Shown: in pieces, positions 63,688 through 64,000 of the stretch | Position numbering within the stretch: the first letter of the stretch is position 1 | Layout: each line of letters starts with the position of its first letter | Origin: Phoronis australis | Lineage: Eukaryota > Animalia > Phoronida | Reading direction: 5' to 3' | Assembly (NCBI GenBank): GCA_002633005.1 | Contig: NMRA01000187.1 | Coordinates: 216,191-280,190 of the forward strand | Length of the DNA: 64,000 nt | Notes under the pieces: model-generated | What the model saw: the letters and a program-made list of their open reading frames with translations, nothing else | Database searches by the model: none | Told to the model about the DNA's origin: nothing | Program-made: the position numbers and the translations under genes

Positions 63688-64000
63688 CACATTAGTTTTC
63701 TATATTAGCTACAGTACAAGACAAAATACATTAGTTTTCTATATTAGCTACAGTACATGACAAAATACAACGGTTTTCAATATTAGCTGCAGTTATAGAC
63801 AAAATACATTAGTTTTCTATATTAGCTACTGAACAGTATATGAGAAAATACAACAGTTTCCAATATTAGCTGCAGTATTAGACAAAATACTTTAGTTTTC
63901 TATATCAGCTACAGTACATGACAAAATACAGCAGTTTTCAATATTAGCTACAGTACAAGGTAAAGTACAACAGTTTTCAATATTAGCTGCAGTACAAGAC
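63688..64000. repeat. ~39-bp minisatellite (same unit as 62515-62640)
   Basis: agttttctatattagctacagtacatgacaaaataca units. Confidence 0.9.

Overview
Metazoan (invertebrate-like), AT-rich, repeat-rich genomic DNA. The main gene is on the minus strand: a 14-coding-exon FUBP/KHSRP/PSI-family gene (4 KH domains plus Tyr-rich C-terminus), CDS 47223->20257, reconstructed by hand as 1902 nt / 633 aa with all intron phases consistent. It probably also has spliced 3'UTR exons. Two introns of this gene each carry a copy of a ~140-nt box H/ACA snoRNA. Both of its pseudouridylation pockets match conserved LSU rRNA segments (recalled from memory), giving a SNORA6/SNORA62-like dual guide; this is the most notable finding. 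The first three coding exons of a PLP-dependent class I/II aminotransferase lie on the plus strand at 59530-62064. The rest is non-autonomous DNA transposons (several TIR families, some nested), a THAP remnant, a tRNA-derived SINE head, many minisatellites next to exon edges, and two near-identical duplications flanking single N characters that may be assembly artefacts. Most of the listed ORFs are spurious.
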